DNA of 64,000 bases from an uncultured Oxalobacteraceae bacterium (GTDB lineage Bacteria; Pseudomonadota; Gammaproteobacteria; Burkholderiales; Burkholderiaceae_D), in contig CAITOF010000042.1 of NCBI GenBank assembly GCA_903893945.1, positions 80,425 through 144,424 of the forward strand. The letters are read 5' to 3'. This document shows, in pieces, positions 42,313 to 51,573 of this stretch (positions are counted from its first letter, which is position 1; each line of letters opens with the position of its first letter). The position numbers and the translations under genes are program-made. The notes below the pieces were generated by a model, which worked only from the letters and a program-made list of their open reading frames with translations, did no database searches and had not been told where the DNA came from.

Positions 42313-44052
42313 ATGAAGTTTACGTATAAACCTATAGTTGCTGCATTCGCAAGTATTTTCGCCGTCGGTGCTTTTTACTCAAGTGCGGCGTTGGCCGATA
42401 ACACGACAGATGACATCAACGCTCTCAAAGCGCAGATGAAAGCCCTCATGCAGAAAATTGACGACCTGTCAAAAAAACAGGAAGCCGCGGCACAGGCACC
42501 GGCCAATACCACCTCGGGGCCATTGGTTGAAAGAATGAGTGTACCGGATGGTTACAAGCCGGGCACAGTCAATATGCACACCGGACAGGCGAATCCGAAG
42601 GTGGTTGACAGCGGTAACTTTTTACACCGCGAACGCGACGACAGCCTGACCTTCAGTACCGGACAAAGCGGCGGCGGGGTTACCTTCTACGGTAACTTCA
42701 ACGTCTCCATCGATGATGCGGTCAACGGTATTGCCGGCGCACATAACGATGGTCAGCTCACCAACGGCGGGCTCGGCACCGGACCGTTTGGCAATACCGG
42801 TTGGATACCGGCCATTGCAACCAACAACACATATATAGGCTTGCGCGGCTTTCAACCGGTTGGCGGTTGGGATAATGCCCAGTTCCTGTGGCAATTGCAG
42901 ACCAATATCGCTTTGTCAGCATTGGCAGGTAGCGGAGAAACCAATTCAACCGTGTCCAACAGTGTCAACGGTGCGCTGACCACAGGTACCACCTATGTCG
43001 GATTCGGAAATGCTGGCTGGGGTTCGGTAAAAATCGGCAAAACCTATGCACCGTATGAGCTATCGACCCAGATTTTCAATCCGTTCCGCGGTATGCTGGG
43101 CAGCATGGGAACTGTTATGGGTAATACCGGCGGCGATAACCGGATCGAATTTGGCACACTGCTCGAGCATGCTTTATGGTATGAGTCGCCGAATTACGCC
43201 GGCTTGAGTTATTCGTTCCTGTTTGCACCTGGCCAGAACCTCGCCAACGATTCCAGTAGTTTGCCAAGGGGCGGTTCGAATTGCGCGGGCGGTGACACAC
43301 CGGGTAATGCCGGCAATGTCAATCTTGAAGGTCAGGTTGGCTGTAACGATGGTGGGTACAGCAACGCATTCAGTGCCAGTGTTGTTTATGACAATAAAAA
43401 AGACTGGTACGCAACGGCAGCCTACGAGACACATAGCAAGGTCAACCGTAGCAGCGATCTGGCGGGTGAAACAGCCTTACCAGCCGGTTATACCCATGCA
43501 CAACTGGACGCCCAGGATGTGGCTACCGAATGGGCTGGCAAAGTTGGCCTGATGTATAAAATCAGTTCGACTGGCACCAGCATCGGTGGTGTTTATGAAT
43601 GGTTGAGAAGAGATGTTCCGGACGATCTGCAGTATCAGAATGAGCGTTCTCGTACAGGGCACTGGTTACTTATCCAGCAGGATATAGCAGGCGGCAACCA
43701 GATCAATTTCGGTTGGGCGCATGCCGACAAGGCTAATGGCGATCCTGGTCAGCACAATGATTCAAGTATCGCAGGCTCACCTGGGCAACAACCTGACAAC
43801 TCGGCCAATATGTACAGTATCGCGTTCACGCACCAGGTTGACAGAAACCTTTCCTTCTATGCCAACTATGCCATTACAGAAAATGGCGCCGCAGCTCACT
43901 ATGATTTAGGTGCAGGTGGCCATGGTTATTATGTCGATTGCCATGATGCCGGCGGCCCGATTTCTGCCAGCGGTTTTATTGCATCCGGCCCCAACTGCTG
44001 GACAGGCACCAAGATTCAAGGTGTTACTGGAGGCATGCAATACCGTTTCTGA
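42313..44052 (+). CDS. Outer-membrane porin with N-terminal coiled coil
   Basis: Signal peptide, coiled coil DDINALKAQMKALMQKIDDLSKKQ, Gram-negative porin motifs (VTFYGNF, YIGLRG, WYESP, GWAHA, YANYA), C-terminal GMQYRF. Confidence 0.8.
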   Translation: MKFTYKPIVAAFASIFAVGAFYSSAALADNTTDDINALKAQMKALMQKIDDLSKKQEAAAQAPANTTSGPLVERMSVPDGYKPGTVNMHTGQANPKVVDSGNFLHRERDDSLTFSTGQSGGGVTFYGNFNVSIDDAVNGIAGAHNDGQLTNGGLGTGPFGNTGWIPAIATNNTYIGLRGFQPVGGWDNAQFLWQLQTNIALSALAGSGETNSTVSNSVNGALTTGTTYVGFGNAGWGSVKIGKTYAPYELSTQIFNPFRGMLGSMGTVMGNTGGDNRIEFGTLLEHALWYESPNYAGLSYSFLFAPGQNLANDSSSLPRGGSNCAGGDTPGNAGNVNLEGQVGCNDGGYSNAFSASVVYDNKKDWYATAAYETHSKVNRSSDLAGETALPAGYTHAQLDAQDVATEWAGKVGLMYKISSTGTSIGGVYEWLRRDVPDDLQYQNERSRTGHWLLIQQDIAGGNQINFGWAHADKANGDPGQHNDSSIAGSPGQQPDNSANMYSIAFTHQVDRNLSFYANYAITENGAAAHYDLGAGGHGYYVDCHDAGGPISASGFIASGPNCWTGTKIQGVTGGMQYRF

Positions 44053-44124
44053 CAGGACCAGCTGAAAGTGGAAAGTGCGCCGATCTGAAATTTGCACTGA
44101 ATCGGAACTGGCGCTCTCAGCCGC

Positions 44125-44158
44125 AAAAAAACCCGTCCTGACCAGGACGGGTTTTTTT
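44125..44158. terminator. Bidirectional intrinsic terminator
   Basis: A-run, CCCGTCCTG / CAGGACGGG stem, T-run; between convergent porin and binding-protein genes. Confidence 0.88.
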
Positions 44159-44240
44159 ATGGGCGGCAGCGGAAATACCAGGGAGGGTAGCCGTTTATGC
44201 CGCTGTCATCACGGGCCTCCGGCATTAATGTACGATCCGG

Positions 44241-45053
44241 TTACAGACCGAGACGGTTGGTCGCTTCATTCATCACGGCCGTATTCCACGGCACAAAACC
44301 GGTGATGTGCAGGCCGGCCAGCGCGGTTTTGCCTTCCTCCGAGTCGGACAGTTGCAGCAGCAATTTCTGTATTCTGGCGGTATCGTCCGAACTGAATCTG
44401 CGCGACACCAGAAACTGCTTGATCGGCACCGGTTTGGTCTCGGCAATAATGCGCCCCCCCTTGGCAACCCAGCTTTTCGCCACCGCAGCAGAGCCCGTCA
44501 CACCCGCATCCACATACCCGTAATCCAGCATGAACGGAACCGCATCCTGATAACGCGTTGGTGTAAATTGTTTGGCGGGATCGGCGACGCCGATTTCGCG
44601 CAAACTGGCCGAAAACATGCGCGTCACAATGGACTCCATGGAGGGCACACCAATTTTTTTACCGCGCAGATCGGCCAGTGAATTCAGCGGTGAATCGGCT
44701 TTGACCATCACGCGCGCACGATACTCGGTGTAGTCCCTGGCGGTTGCCAATCCCAGATATTTTCCGGATTTCGTTGCTGCCAGCCCTATGTGCGCCGGGT
44801 GGACAAACACCAGATCGATGCTCTCACTTGCCAATTCGCGATCGAAATCCGCATAGTGATTAATAACCTGCAACCTGATACTTCGTTTGAGTTCTTTGGA
44901 TAACAGGCTGATCAGCGGCTTAAAACGTTCACTGGCCAGACCGTCGTCCTGGTAGGTGACACCCTCATTGACAGCCAGCAGCAGATCTTGCGCCCACAGC
45001 GGGTATGACAAGAACAGCAGGATCGCAACACAGATTGTTTTTCGATAAAACAT
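44241..45053 (-). CDS. Phosphate/phosphonate-binding-like periplasmic protein (orphan)
   Basis: Signal peptide, FKPLISLLSKELK, IDLVFVHPAH, SPLNSLADLRGKKIG, VDAGVT. Confidence 0.75.
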   Translation of the reverse strand: MFYRKTICVAILLFLSYPLWAQDLLLAVNEGVTYQDDGLASERFKPLISLLSKELKRSIRLQVINHYADFDRELASESIDLVFVHPAHIGLAATKSGKYLGLATARDYTEYRARVMVKADSPLNSLADLRGKKIGVPSMESIVTRMFSASLREIGVADPAKQFTPTRYQDAVPFMLDYGYVDAGVTGSAAVAKSWVAKGGRIIAETKPVPIKQFLVSRRFSSDDTARIQKLLLQLSDSEEGKTALAGLHITGFVPWNTAVMNEATNRLGL

Positions 45054-45113
45054 GCCGGACCATTCTCAAATTAAAATGCGCAGGTTAAAGATAAACAGGC
45101 TGGGCAACATCAC

Positions 45114-45139
45114 CAAAACGGCACCCGATCGGGTGCCGT
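45114..45139 (-). terminator. Intrinsic terminator after frc copy 2
   Basis: ACGGCACCCG-AT-CGGGTGCCGT inverted repeat followed by TTTT on the minus strand. Confidence 0.75.
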
Positions 45140-45173
45140 CCAAAAACCACCGCGAGGGTCTGATACGCCGTGC

Positions 45174-46445
45174 CTAAACCGCTCCCGCCGTATGCAGCGC
45201 AGCGATCTGTTGCGCGCTGTACCCGAGGCTGGCCAGTACTTCGTCGGTATTTTCACCCAGCAATGGCGAACCGGTGATTTCAACCGTCATATCCGAAAAC
45301 TTGATCGGACTGCCGACCGTGAGATACTTGCCACGTGCTTTGTGATCCACTTCTGCAATGGTGCCGCTGGCCCGCAATGACGGATCATTGGCAAGTTCCT
45401 TCATGGTCAGAACCGGCGCGCAGGGAATGTCATATTTACGCAGCACATCCACCGCTTCAAACTTGGTTTTGTCTTTCAGCCAGTCTTCAATGATTTCAAA
45501 AATCTTGAAAATCTTGTCCTGACGTGCCGGTGCCGTGTTGTAGGCAGGATCATCGATCCATTCTTCCCTGCCCAGTGCCTTGCAGATCGGTGCCCAGGCA
45601 TGACCCTGAATCGTGAAATAGATATAGGCATTGGGATCAGTCTCCCAGCCTTTACACTTCAGCACCCAGCCTGGCTGACCGCCACCACCGGCATTACCGC
45701 CACGTGGCACGACATCAGAAAACTTGCCGTATTTGCCGTCTTCGCGTATCGGATATTGCGGATATTCTTCGAGGTAACCCAGGCGATCCAGACGCTGCTG
45801 GTCGCGCAGCTTGACGCGGCACAGATTGAGCACGCTGTCCTGCATGGATACCGCCACTTTTTGCCCTTTACCGGTTTTGTCGCGTCCAATCAGGGCGGTA
45901 AGAATACCGATTGCCAGATGCATGCCGGTGTTTGAGTCACCCAGCGCAGCCGCACTGATGGTCGGTGGACCGTCCCAGAAACCGGTGGTGGACGCCGCAC
46001 CGCCAGCGCATTGCGCCACGTTTTCATAGACTTTCAGATCTTCATAATGATGGCCGTCGCTGAAACCCTTTACCGACGCAACGATCATCTTGGGATTGAG
46101 TTCGTTAATCCGTTCCCAGGTAAATCCCATGCGGTCAAGCGCACCGGGACCAAAGTTTTCAACCATCACATCCGATTCGCGGATCAGTTTTTCCAGCACT
46201 TCTTTGCCTTCAGGCTTCTTGGTATCGAGTGTCAATGACCGTTTGTTGCTGTTCAACATGGTGAAATACAGCGCGTCAACATTGGGAATATCACGCAACT
46301 GACTGCGGGTCACATCGCCAGCTCCCGGACGTTCCACTTTAATGACGTCGGCGCCAAACCAGGCCAGTAACTGCGTACAGGCAGGTCCGGCCTGTACGTG
46401 CGTGAAGTCAATAATCTTAATTCCTGTCAGTGGTTTATTACTCAT
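45174..46445 (-). CDS. frc: Formyl-CoA transferase (copy 2)
   Basis: [29 protein letters not shown], catalytic Asp in [21 protein letters not shown] tetraglycine loop; directly downstream of oxc. Confidence 0.95.
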   Translation of the reverse strand: MSNKPLTGIKIIDFTHVQAGPACTQLLAWFGADVIKVERPGAGDVTRSQLRDIPNVDALYFTMLNSNKRSLTLDTKKPEGKEVLEKLIRESDVMVENFGPGALDRMGFTWERINELNPKMIVASVKGFSDGHHYEDLKVYENVAQCAGGAASTTGFWDGPPTISAAALGDSNTGMHLAIGILTALIGRDKTGKGQKVAVSMQDSVLNLCRVKLRDQQRLDRLGYLEEYPQYPIREDGKYGKFSDVVPRGGNAGGGGQPGWVLKCKGWETDPNAYIYFTIQGHAWAPICKALGREEWIDDPAYNTAPARQDKIFKIFEIIEDWLKDKTKFEAVDVLRKYDIPCAPVLTMKELANDPSLRASGTIAEVDHKARGKYLTVGSPIKFSDMTVEITGSPLLGENTDEVLASLGYSAQQIAALHTAGAV

Positions 46446-46532
46446 GATCCCTTATCTCCAATTCAATTGTTAAACTCAGTTTTTGAAACACCATTGTCTG
46501 CTCTGTCTTCGAAAATTACCATACATTCCGGA

Positions 46533-48242
46533 TTACTTTTTCGCTGCTGCACTTTGCGGGTTCAGGTTGGTCAGACGTCCGCTTTCGGTGCCGGCTGTCT
46601 CGTCGATGACGGCATTGATCAGTGCCGGCTTGCCGGCAGCAATCGCCTCGGTCAGCGCCTTGGTCAATTCTGCCGGTGTGGTCACGTTATAACCTATGCC
46701 ACCAAACGCTTCGATCATTTTGTCGTAACGCGCTCCTTTGACAAATACGGTCGGAGCCACATCTTTGCCACCGGTTGGATTGACATCCGTACCGCGGTAG
46801 ACACCATTATTGTTGAATATGATGGTCGTCACGGGCAGATGATAGCGACAGATCGTTTCGAGTTCCATGCCACTGAATCCGAACGCACTGTCGCCCTCGA
46901 TGGCCACCACCGGCAGGCCACTGGTCACCGCCGCACCAATCGCATAGCCCATACCGATACCCATGATACCCCATGTGCCGGAATCAAACCGCTTGCGCGG
47001 CTGGTACTGATCGATGATGCTGCGCGCGTAATCGAGCGTATTGGCGCCTTCGTTGACCAGATTGATGTCCGGATGGGCTTTGAGTACATCACGAATTGCA
47101 CGCAAGGCGCTGTGAAAATTCATCGGCGACGGATTCTGATCCAGCGTCACGGCCATCTTCGCCAGATTTTTATCCTTGCGCTCCCTGATCGCATCAGTCC
47201 ACTCGGCGCCAGGCTTGGCAAAACCCGTTTTGATGCCGGCCAGCAGCGCCGACACGCACGAGCCGATATCACCGATTACCGGTGCAGCAATGGCCACGTT
47301 ACTGTCAATCTCAGTCGGGGAGATGTCAACCTGGATGAACTGTTTCGGTCCACCCCAGGTTTTACCTTTACCATGGGAAAGCAGCCAGTTCAGCCGTGCA
47401 CCAATCAGCACCACCACATCCGCTTCGGCCAGCACAAACGAGCGTGCAGCCGATGCCGATTGCGGATGCGTATCCGGCAACAGACCTTTGGCCATTGACA
47501 TCGGCAGGTAGGGGATGCCGGACTGCTCGACAAACGCGCGAATATCGGCGTCGGCCTGGGCATACGCAGCCCCCTTACCAAGCAGTATCAGCGGGCGCTT
47601 GGCGCTTTTCAACAGGTCGAGCGCGCGCTGCACGGAATCAGGCGCAGGAATCTGGCGTGGCACCGGGTCCACCACGCGCACCAGTGATTTTTTGCCGTGC
47701 GCCGCGTCCAGTGTCTGACCGAGCAATTGTGCCGGCAGGTCCAGGTACACACCGCCGGGACGTCCGGAGACGGCGGCGCGAATGGCGCGCGCAATGCCGA
47801 TACCGATATCTTCGGCCTTGTTGACACGATAAGACGCCTTGGCATAGGGCTTGGCGGCGTTCAACTGATCCATTTCTTCGTAATCGCCCTGCTGCAGATC
47901 GACGATTTCGCGTTCACTGGATCCGCTGATCAGTATCATCGGAAAGCAGTTGGTTGTCGCGTTCGCGAGCGCCGTCAGGCCATTCAGAAAACCGGGGGCT
48001 GATACAGTCAGGCAAATCCCCGGCTTTTGTGTCATGTAGCCTGAAATGGCCGCCGCGTTACCGGCGTGCTGTTCATGACGGAAGCCGATAAATCGCATAC
48101 CTTCGGCCTGGGCCAACCGTGCCAGATCAGTAATCGGAATACCGACGAGCCCAAAGATTGTGTGTATATCGTTATGCTTTAACGCATCTATCACAAGATG
48201 AAATCCATCTGTAAGAGGTTGTGCCTGTGTCTCGTTTGTCAT
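46533..48242 (-). CDS. oxc: Oxalyl-CoA decarboxylase (ThDP-dependent)
   Basis: [23 protein letters not shown], ThDP motif [19 protein letters not shown]...[14 protein letters not shown]. Confidence 0.97.
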   Translation of the reverse strand: MTNETQAQPLTDGFHLVIDALKHNDIHTIFGLVGIPITDLARLAQAEGMRFIGFRHEQHAGNAAAISGYMTQKPGICLTVSAPGFLNGLTALANATTNCFPMILISGSSEREIVDLQQGDYEEMDQLNAAKPYAKASYRVNKAEDIGIGIARAIRAAVSGRPGGVYLDLPAQLLGQTLDAAHGKKSLVRVVDPVPRQIPAPDSVQRALDLLKSAKRPLILLGKGAAYAQADADIRAFVEQSGIPYLPMSMAKGLLPDTHPQSASAARSFVLAEADVVVLIGARLNWLLSHGKGKTWGGPKQFIQVDISPTEIDSNVAIAAPVIGDIGSCVSALLAGIKTGFAKPGAEWTDAIRERKDKNLAKMAVTLDQNPSPMNFHSALRAIRDVLKAHPDINLVNEGANTLDYARSIIDQYQPRKRFDSGTWGIMGIGMGYAIGAAVTSGLPVVAIEGDSAFGFSGMELETICRYHLPVTTIIFNNNGVYRGTDVNPTGGKDVAPTVFVKGARYDKMIEAFGGIGYNVTTPAELTKALTEAIAAGKPALINAVIDETAGTESGRLTNLNPQSAAAKK

Positions 48243-48357
48243 ATGAAGCTTCTCTTTGTTTTGGTTTCGATAAGGTTATGGCAACCCAGCCGCTAAAATG
48301 TCTCTGATGGGTCTATGTAGAGCCCTTCACATGTTAAAGACGCCGCTCCACATTAGT

Positions 48358-48383
48358 CATTGACCGTGGTTAATTTTTATTGC
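48358..48383. promoter_or_regulatory. Oxalate-cluster shared motif, site 3 (between oxc and the Crp/Fnr gene)
   Basis: CATTGACCGTGGTTAATTTTTATTGC; overlaps a plausible plus-strand promoter TTGACC-N17-CATGAT. Confidence 0.65.
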
Positions 48384-48433
48384 ATGATGGTAAAAACATT
48401 CACCATCCCATTTCCCTCTGGATTTCCCTTGTC

Positions 48434-49042
48434 ATGTCGTCTGTCGATCAACACCCGGAACGCAACGTAATTCGTGTCCAGCTCAAACAAAATGTCATAT
48501 TAGGTGGAATCAGTGATCAGGATATGGCTGAGCTTGAATCCGGTCTTACGCTGGTCGACTGTCATAAGGGCGACTACCTGCTGCACCAGGGGGTCCATGA
48601 AATGGAACAGTATTTCATCCTTGATGGCATACTGAAACGGGTGGTAACGAACCAGCAGGGCCATATGATGATATTGCGCTTTACCCATAGCCGCGATATC
48701 GAGACCAGTTACGCCGCCTGGCGACTGAAAACCCCGACACCGTACGGCATTCTGTGCGTCACCAACGCCCGGGTCGCCAAGATGCCAATGGCGCAGTGGG
48801 TCGCCTTTATTGAAAAACATGCATCACTCAAGGAATCGTTCGAATATGAGGTCATGCGGCTCATGAGCGAAATCATGGCCCATACCATTACCCTGAACCT
48901 GCTCGATGCGCCAGGCCGGGTACTGCGGTTCAGACGGAAACATACGGATCTCTTCAAGCTTATCCCGCAAAAGGAACTTGCTTCCTACCTGAATATCACG
49001 CCTGAAACATTGTCCAGATTGAAACGCCAGGGAAAGATCTAG
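48434..49042 (+). CDS. Crp/Fnr-family transcriptional regulator
   Basis: cNMP-binding-like LLHQG...YFILDGILK, HTH QKELASYLNITPETLSRLK; no Fnr N-terminal Cys cluster. Confidence 0.9.
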   Translation: MSSVDQHPERNVIRVQLKQNVILGGISDQDMAELESGLTLVDCHKGDYLLHQGVHEMEQYFILDGILKRVVTNQQGHMMILRFTHSRDIETSYAAWRLKTPTPYGILCVTNARVAKMPMAQWVAFIEKHASLKESFEYEVMRLMSEIMAHTITLNLLDAPGRVLRFRRKHTDLFKLIPQKELASYLNITPETLSRLKRQGKI

Positions 49043-49188
49043 CAGGCAGCGATCCGGAAACGGGCGCAACCCACCGTCTGCATCCTGCGCTGCCCTGCCG
49101 CGTGGACTCCCATTTGGCAAATCAGGTGATGTACTGATTATGCCCAAAGATATTCATGTTTTATATATCTGATATGTTTTATTTTGAA

Positions 49189-49217
49189 TTGACGCTCAAC
49201 AGGTCGACATTTATACT
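49189..49217 (+). promoter_or_regulatory. Sigma70 promoter of the 59-aa gene
   Basis: TTGACG (49189-49194), 17 bp, TATACT (49212-49217). Confidence 0.75.
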
Positions 49218-49258
49218 GCAATGCAATATGAATTTCTTACTAACCTGGAGTTTTTATC

Positions 49259-49438
49259 ATGTCAACTACATTAAAAGCCAATTCAGCTGATTTTCTGGGC
49301 AATCAATCCGCCGCACCGACTGTGGCCGTTACGCTGGCGACTGTTTTAGCCACACTGTTTGCTGTCAAGGCACGCGAGTCAATCGACCAGGCTACTTCGG
49401 GCGACAAATCAGACGCCGCCTGGATCTGGGGTCTGTAA
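49259..49438 (+). CDS. Small protein of unknown function (59 aa, below ORF-track cutoff)
   Basis: MSTTLKANSADFLGNQSAAPTVAVTLATVLATLFAVKARESIDQATSGDKSDAAWIWGL; GGAG RBS and near-consensus promoter upstream, hairpin downstream. Confidence 0.75.
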   Translation: MSTTLKANSADFLGNQSAAPTVAVTLATVLATLFAVKARESIDQATSGDKSDAAWIWGL

Positions 49439-49449
49439 TTCAGCCGTTT

Positions 49450-49487
49450 TAAAAACGCCATTGATCATCCTTGAATGGTCAATGGCG
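49450..49487. terminator. Terminator hairpin between the convergent small gene and panE-like gene
   Basis: GCCATTGATCAT-CCTTGA-ATGGTCAATGGC, with a T-run on the minus strand. Confidence 0.6.
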
Positions 49488-49529
49488 CATTGTTCACCTG
49501 CAGCATTTTCAACGTGTGGCGGGCTTGGA

Positions 49530-50540
49530 TCAGGCCATTTTCCGCATTTTCACGTGCCCTTCCTCTTCCATCATTGACTTCCCGAGCAACTTGACCAGCG
49601 CATAAACCGTGCTGATATGCGGTGTTGGCGTATGTGTCAAATGTCCCAATTCGACCACCGAGCCGACCAGCGCCTCAATCTCAACCGACCGCCCTGCTTC
49701 AACATCCTGCAGCATGGAGGTTTTGTGCTTACCCACTTTTTCAGCACCTTCAATGCGCTTTTCCAGCGGCACCCGAAACTCGATACCGAAGTGGGTCGCA
49801 ATGGCCTGGGCTTCGCGCATCATGTTTTTGGCCAGCTCCCGCGTCAGCGGATATTGACAAATATCGACCAGGGTCGAATGGGCCAGCGCACTGATCGGAT
49901 TAAACGTCAGGTTTCCCCATAATTTAAGCCAGATTTCGGAACGGATATTGTCCAGCACCGGCGCCTTGAATCCGGCCTGGGTAAAGCATTCGGAGACCCG
50001 GGTCACTCTGGCGCTGACAGAACCGTCCAGCTCACCGACCGGAAACCGGTTACCTTCGATGTGACGGACAACCCCCGGGGAAACCAGCTCCGAGGCCGGA
50101 TAGACCACGCAACCGATAACACGTTCAGGCGGAATTTTTTCCAGTATCGCCCCGGTCGGATCAACGCTGTGCACCCGATTCCCCTCAAACTTACCACCAT
50201 GCTTATGAAAATACCAATACGGGATTCCATTCTGCATGGTGACCACAACGGTCTCCGGGCCGAACAATTTCGGCACATCCTCGGCGACGGCCAGAACCTG
50301 ATTTGCCTTCAGGGCCAGAATCACCATATCCTGCGGACCCGCTTCCGCATAATCGTTGGTCGCGACCACTCCACGTGCGACCTGTTGCGTACCATCCTCC
50401 AGGATCAGCGTCATTCCATTTTTTCTAATCGCGTCAAGGTTCGCGCCCCTGACCATGAACGTCACCTGCTCCCCAGCCAGAGCCAATTTCACTCCCAGGT
50501 AACCTCCTATTGCACCCGCGCCAACAATTGCAATTTTCAT
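49530..50540 (-). CDS. panE: 2-dehydropantoate 2-reductase family protein (candidate oxalyl-CoA reductase)
   Basis: KIAIVGAGAIGG, LALKA, MQNGIP, WLKLWGNLTFNPISAL, KTSMLQDVEAGRSVE. Confidence 0.85.
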   Translation of the reverse strand: MKIAIVGAGAIGGYLGVKLALAGEQVTFMVRGANLDAIRKNGMTLILEDGTQQVARGVVATNDYAEAGPQDMVILALKANQVLAVAEDVPKLFGPETVVVTMQNGIPYWYFHKHGGKFEGNRVHSVDPTGAILEKIPPERVIGCVVYPASELVSPGVVRHIEGNRFPVGELDGSVSARVTRVSECFTQAGFKAPVLDNIRSEIWLKLWGNLTFNPISALAHSTLVDICQYPLTRELAKNMMREAQAIATHFGIEFRVPLEKRIEGAEKVGKHKTSMLQDVEAGRSVEIEALVGSVVELGHLTHTPTPHISTVYALVKLLGKSMMEEEGHVKMRKMA

Positions 50541-50562
50541 ATCCACACCCTTCAATACATAG

Positions 50563-51330
50563 CTAATCAAACCGGTTGCTGAGTTTGCCAATACCTGTAA
50601 TTTCGACGTCGACCGTGCTGCCCGGCTTCATCGAACCAACACCCACTGACGTACCACACAAAATGATATCGCCGGGGTTCAAACTCATATCCTGTGAAAC
50701 CAGGCTGACCAGGTGGGCAACCGAAAACAGCATGTCGCTGACTGGATATTCCTGTCTTACTGTGCCATTGAGCGTCGTTTTCACAACCAGTGTCGCAGGG
50801 TCAAGCCCGGTGGCGATTACCGGCCCGAACGGACAGAACGTATCAAATCCCTTGGCGCGCACCCATTGGGCAAACGACGGGTCACGATTCAGAATTTCAG
50901 CTGCCGTCACGTCGTTGGCGCAGGTATAACCGAACACATAGTCCATCGCCTTGTCGACAGGCACGGCTTTGCACGGCTTGCCGATGACTATGCCCAGCTC
51001 ACCCTCAAACACCACCTTGCCGGCGGCGAGCGGTTGCCGAATCACCTCGTCCGGGTTCAGATAGGAATTCGGCGCTTTAATCAGATACAGGGGTTCGGCA
51101 GGCACCGACAGATTCAGTTTCTTGCCCATCGCAGCAAAATTATTCCACATCGCCAGAATTTTACTCGGGGTGGTTGGCATCAGCAGCTTTACGTTGTGCA
51201 GATCAAACACCTGGTTCGAGAGCGTCGGATTGGTGAACATGTCGCCTTCATAGCCTTGAATGGTGTCACCTTCAAGCAGTCCAAAATGGACGGCATCTGC
51301 ATGTAAGAAGCGTACCCAGTGTTGTCCCAT
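50563..51330 (-). CDS. Fumarylacetoacetate hydrolase (FAH)-family protein
   Basis: PSKILAMWNN, FEGELGIVIGK, GYTCANDVTA, KGFDTFCPFGP, PGDIILCGT. Confidence 0.9.
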   Translation of the reverse strand: MGQHWVRFLHADAVHFGLLEGDTIQGYEGDMFTNPTLSNQVFDLHNVKLLMPTTPSKILAMWNNFAAMGKKLNLSVPAEPLYLIKAPNSYLNPDEVIRQPLAAGKVVFEGELGIVIGKPCKAVPVDKAMDYVFGYTCANDVTAAEILNRDPSFAQWVRAKGFDTFCPFGPVIATGLDPATLVVKTTLNGTVRQEYPVSDMLFSVAHLVSLVSQDMSLNPGDIILCGTSVGVGSMKPGSTVDVEITGIGKLSNRFD

Positions 51331-51573
51331 CTGATGACCTTTTCCCCAAATAAATAACGCTAGATTACGACAGCAGCATGCCGGCAAATGCAACAGCAGG
51401 CAAATGCGCGCGTCGATGCCGGCGCACTGTCAGACAACGGTGAAAGGAATTATCGCATCATGCCAATATCATGCGGTAGCGGCTCGCACCTGGAACTCAA
51501 AAACGAAGTTCCAGGTACGTCCTCTGGCATATTCAGCGTACTAACAAAGACGTTATGGTCTTTTCAGGATAAC

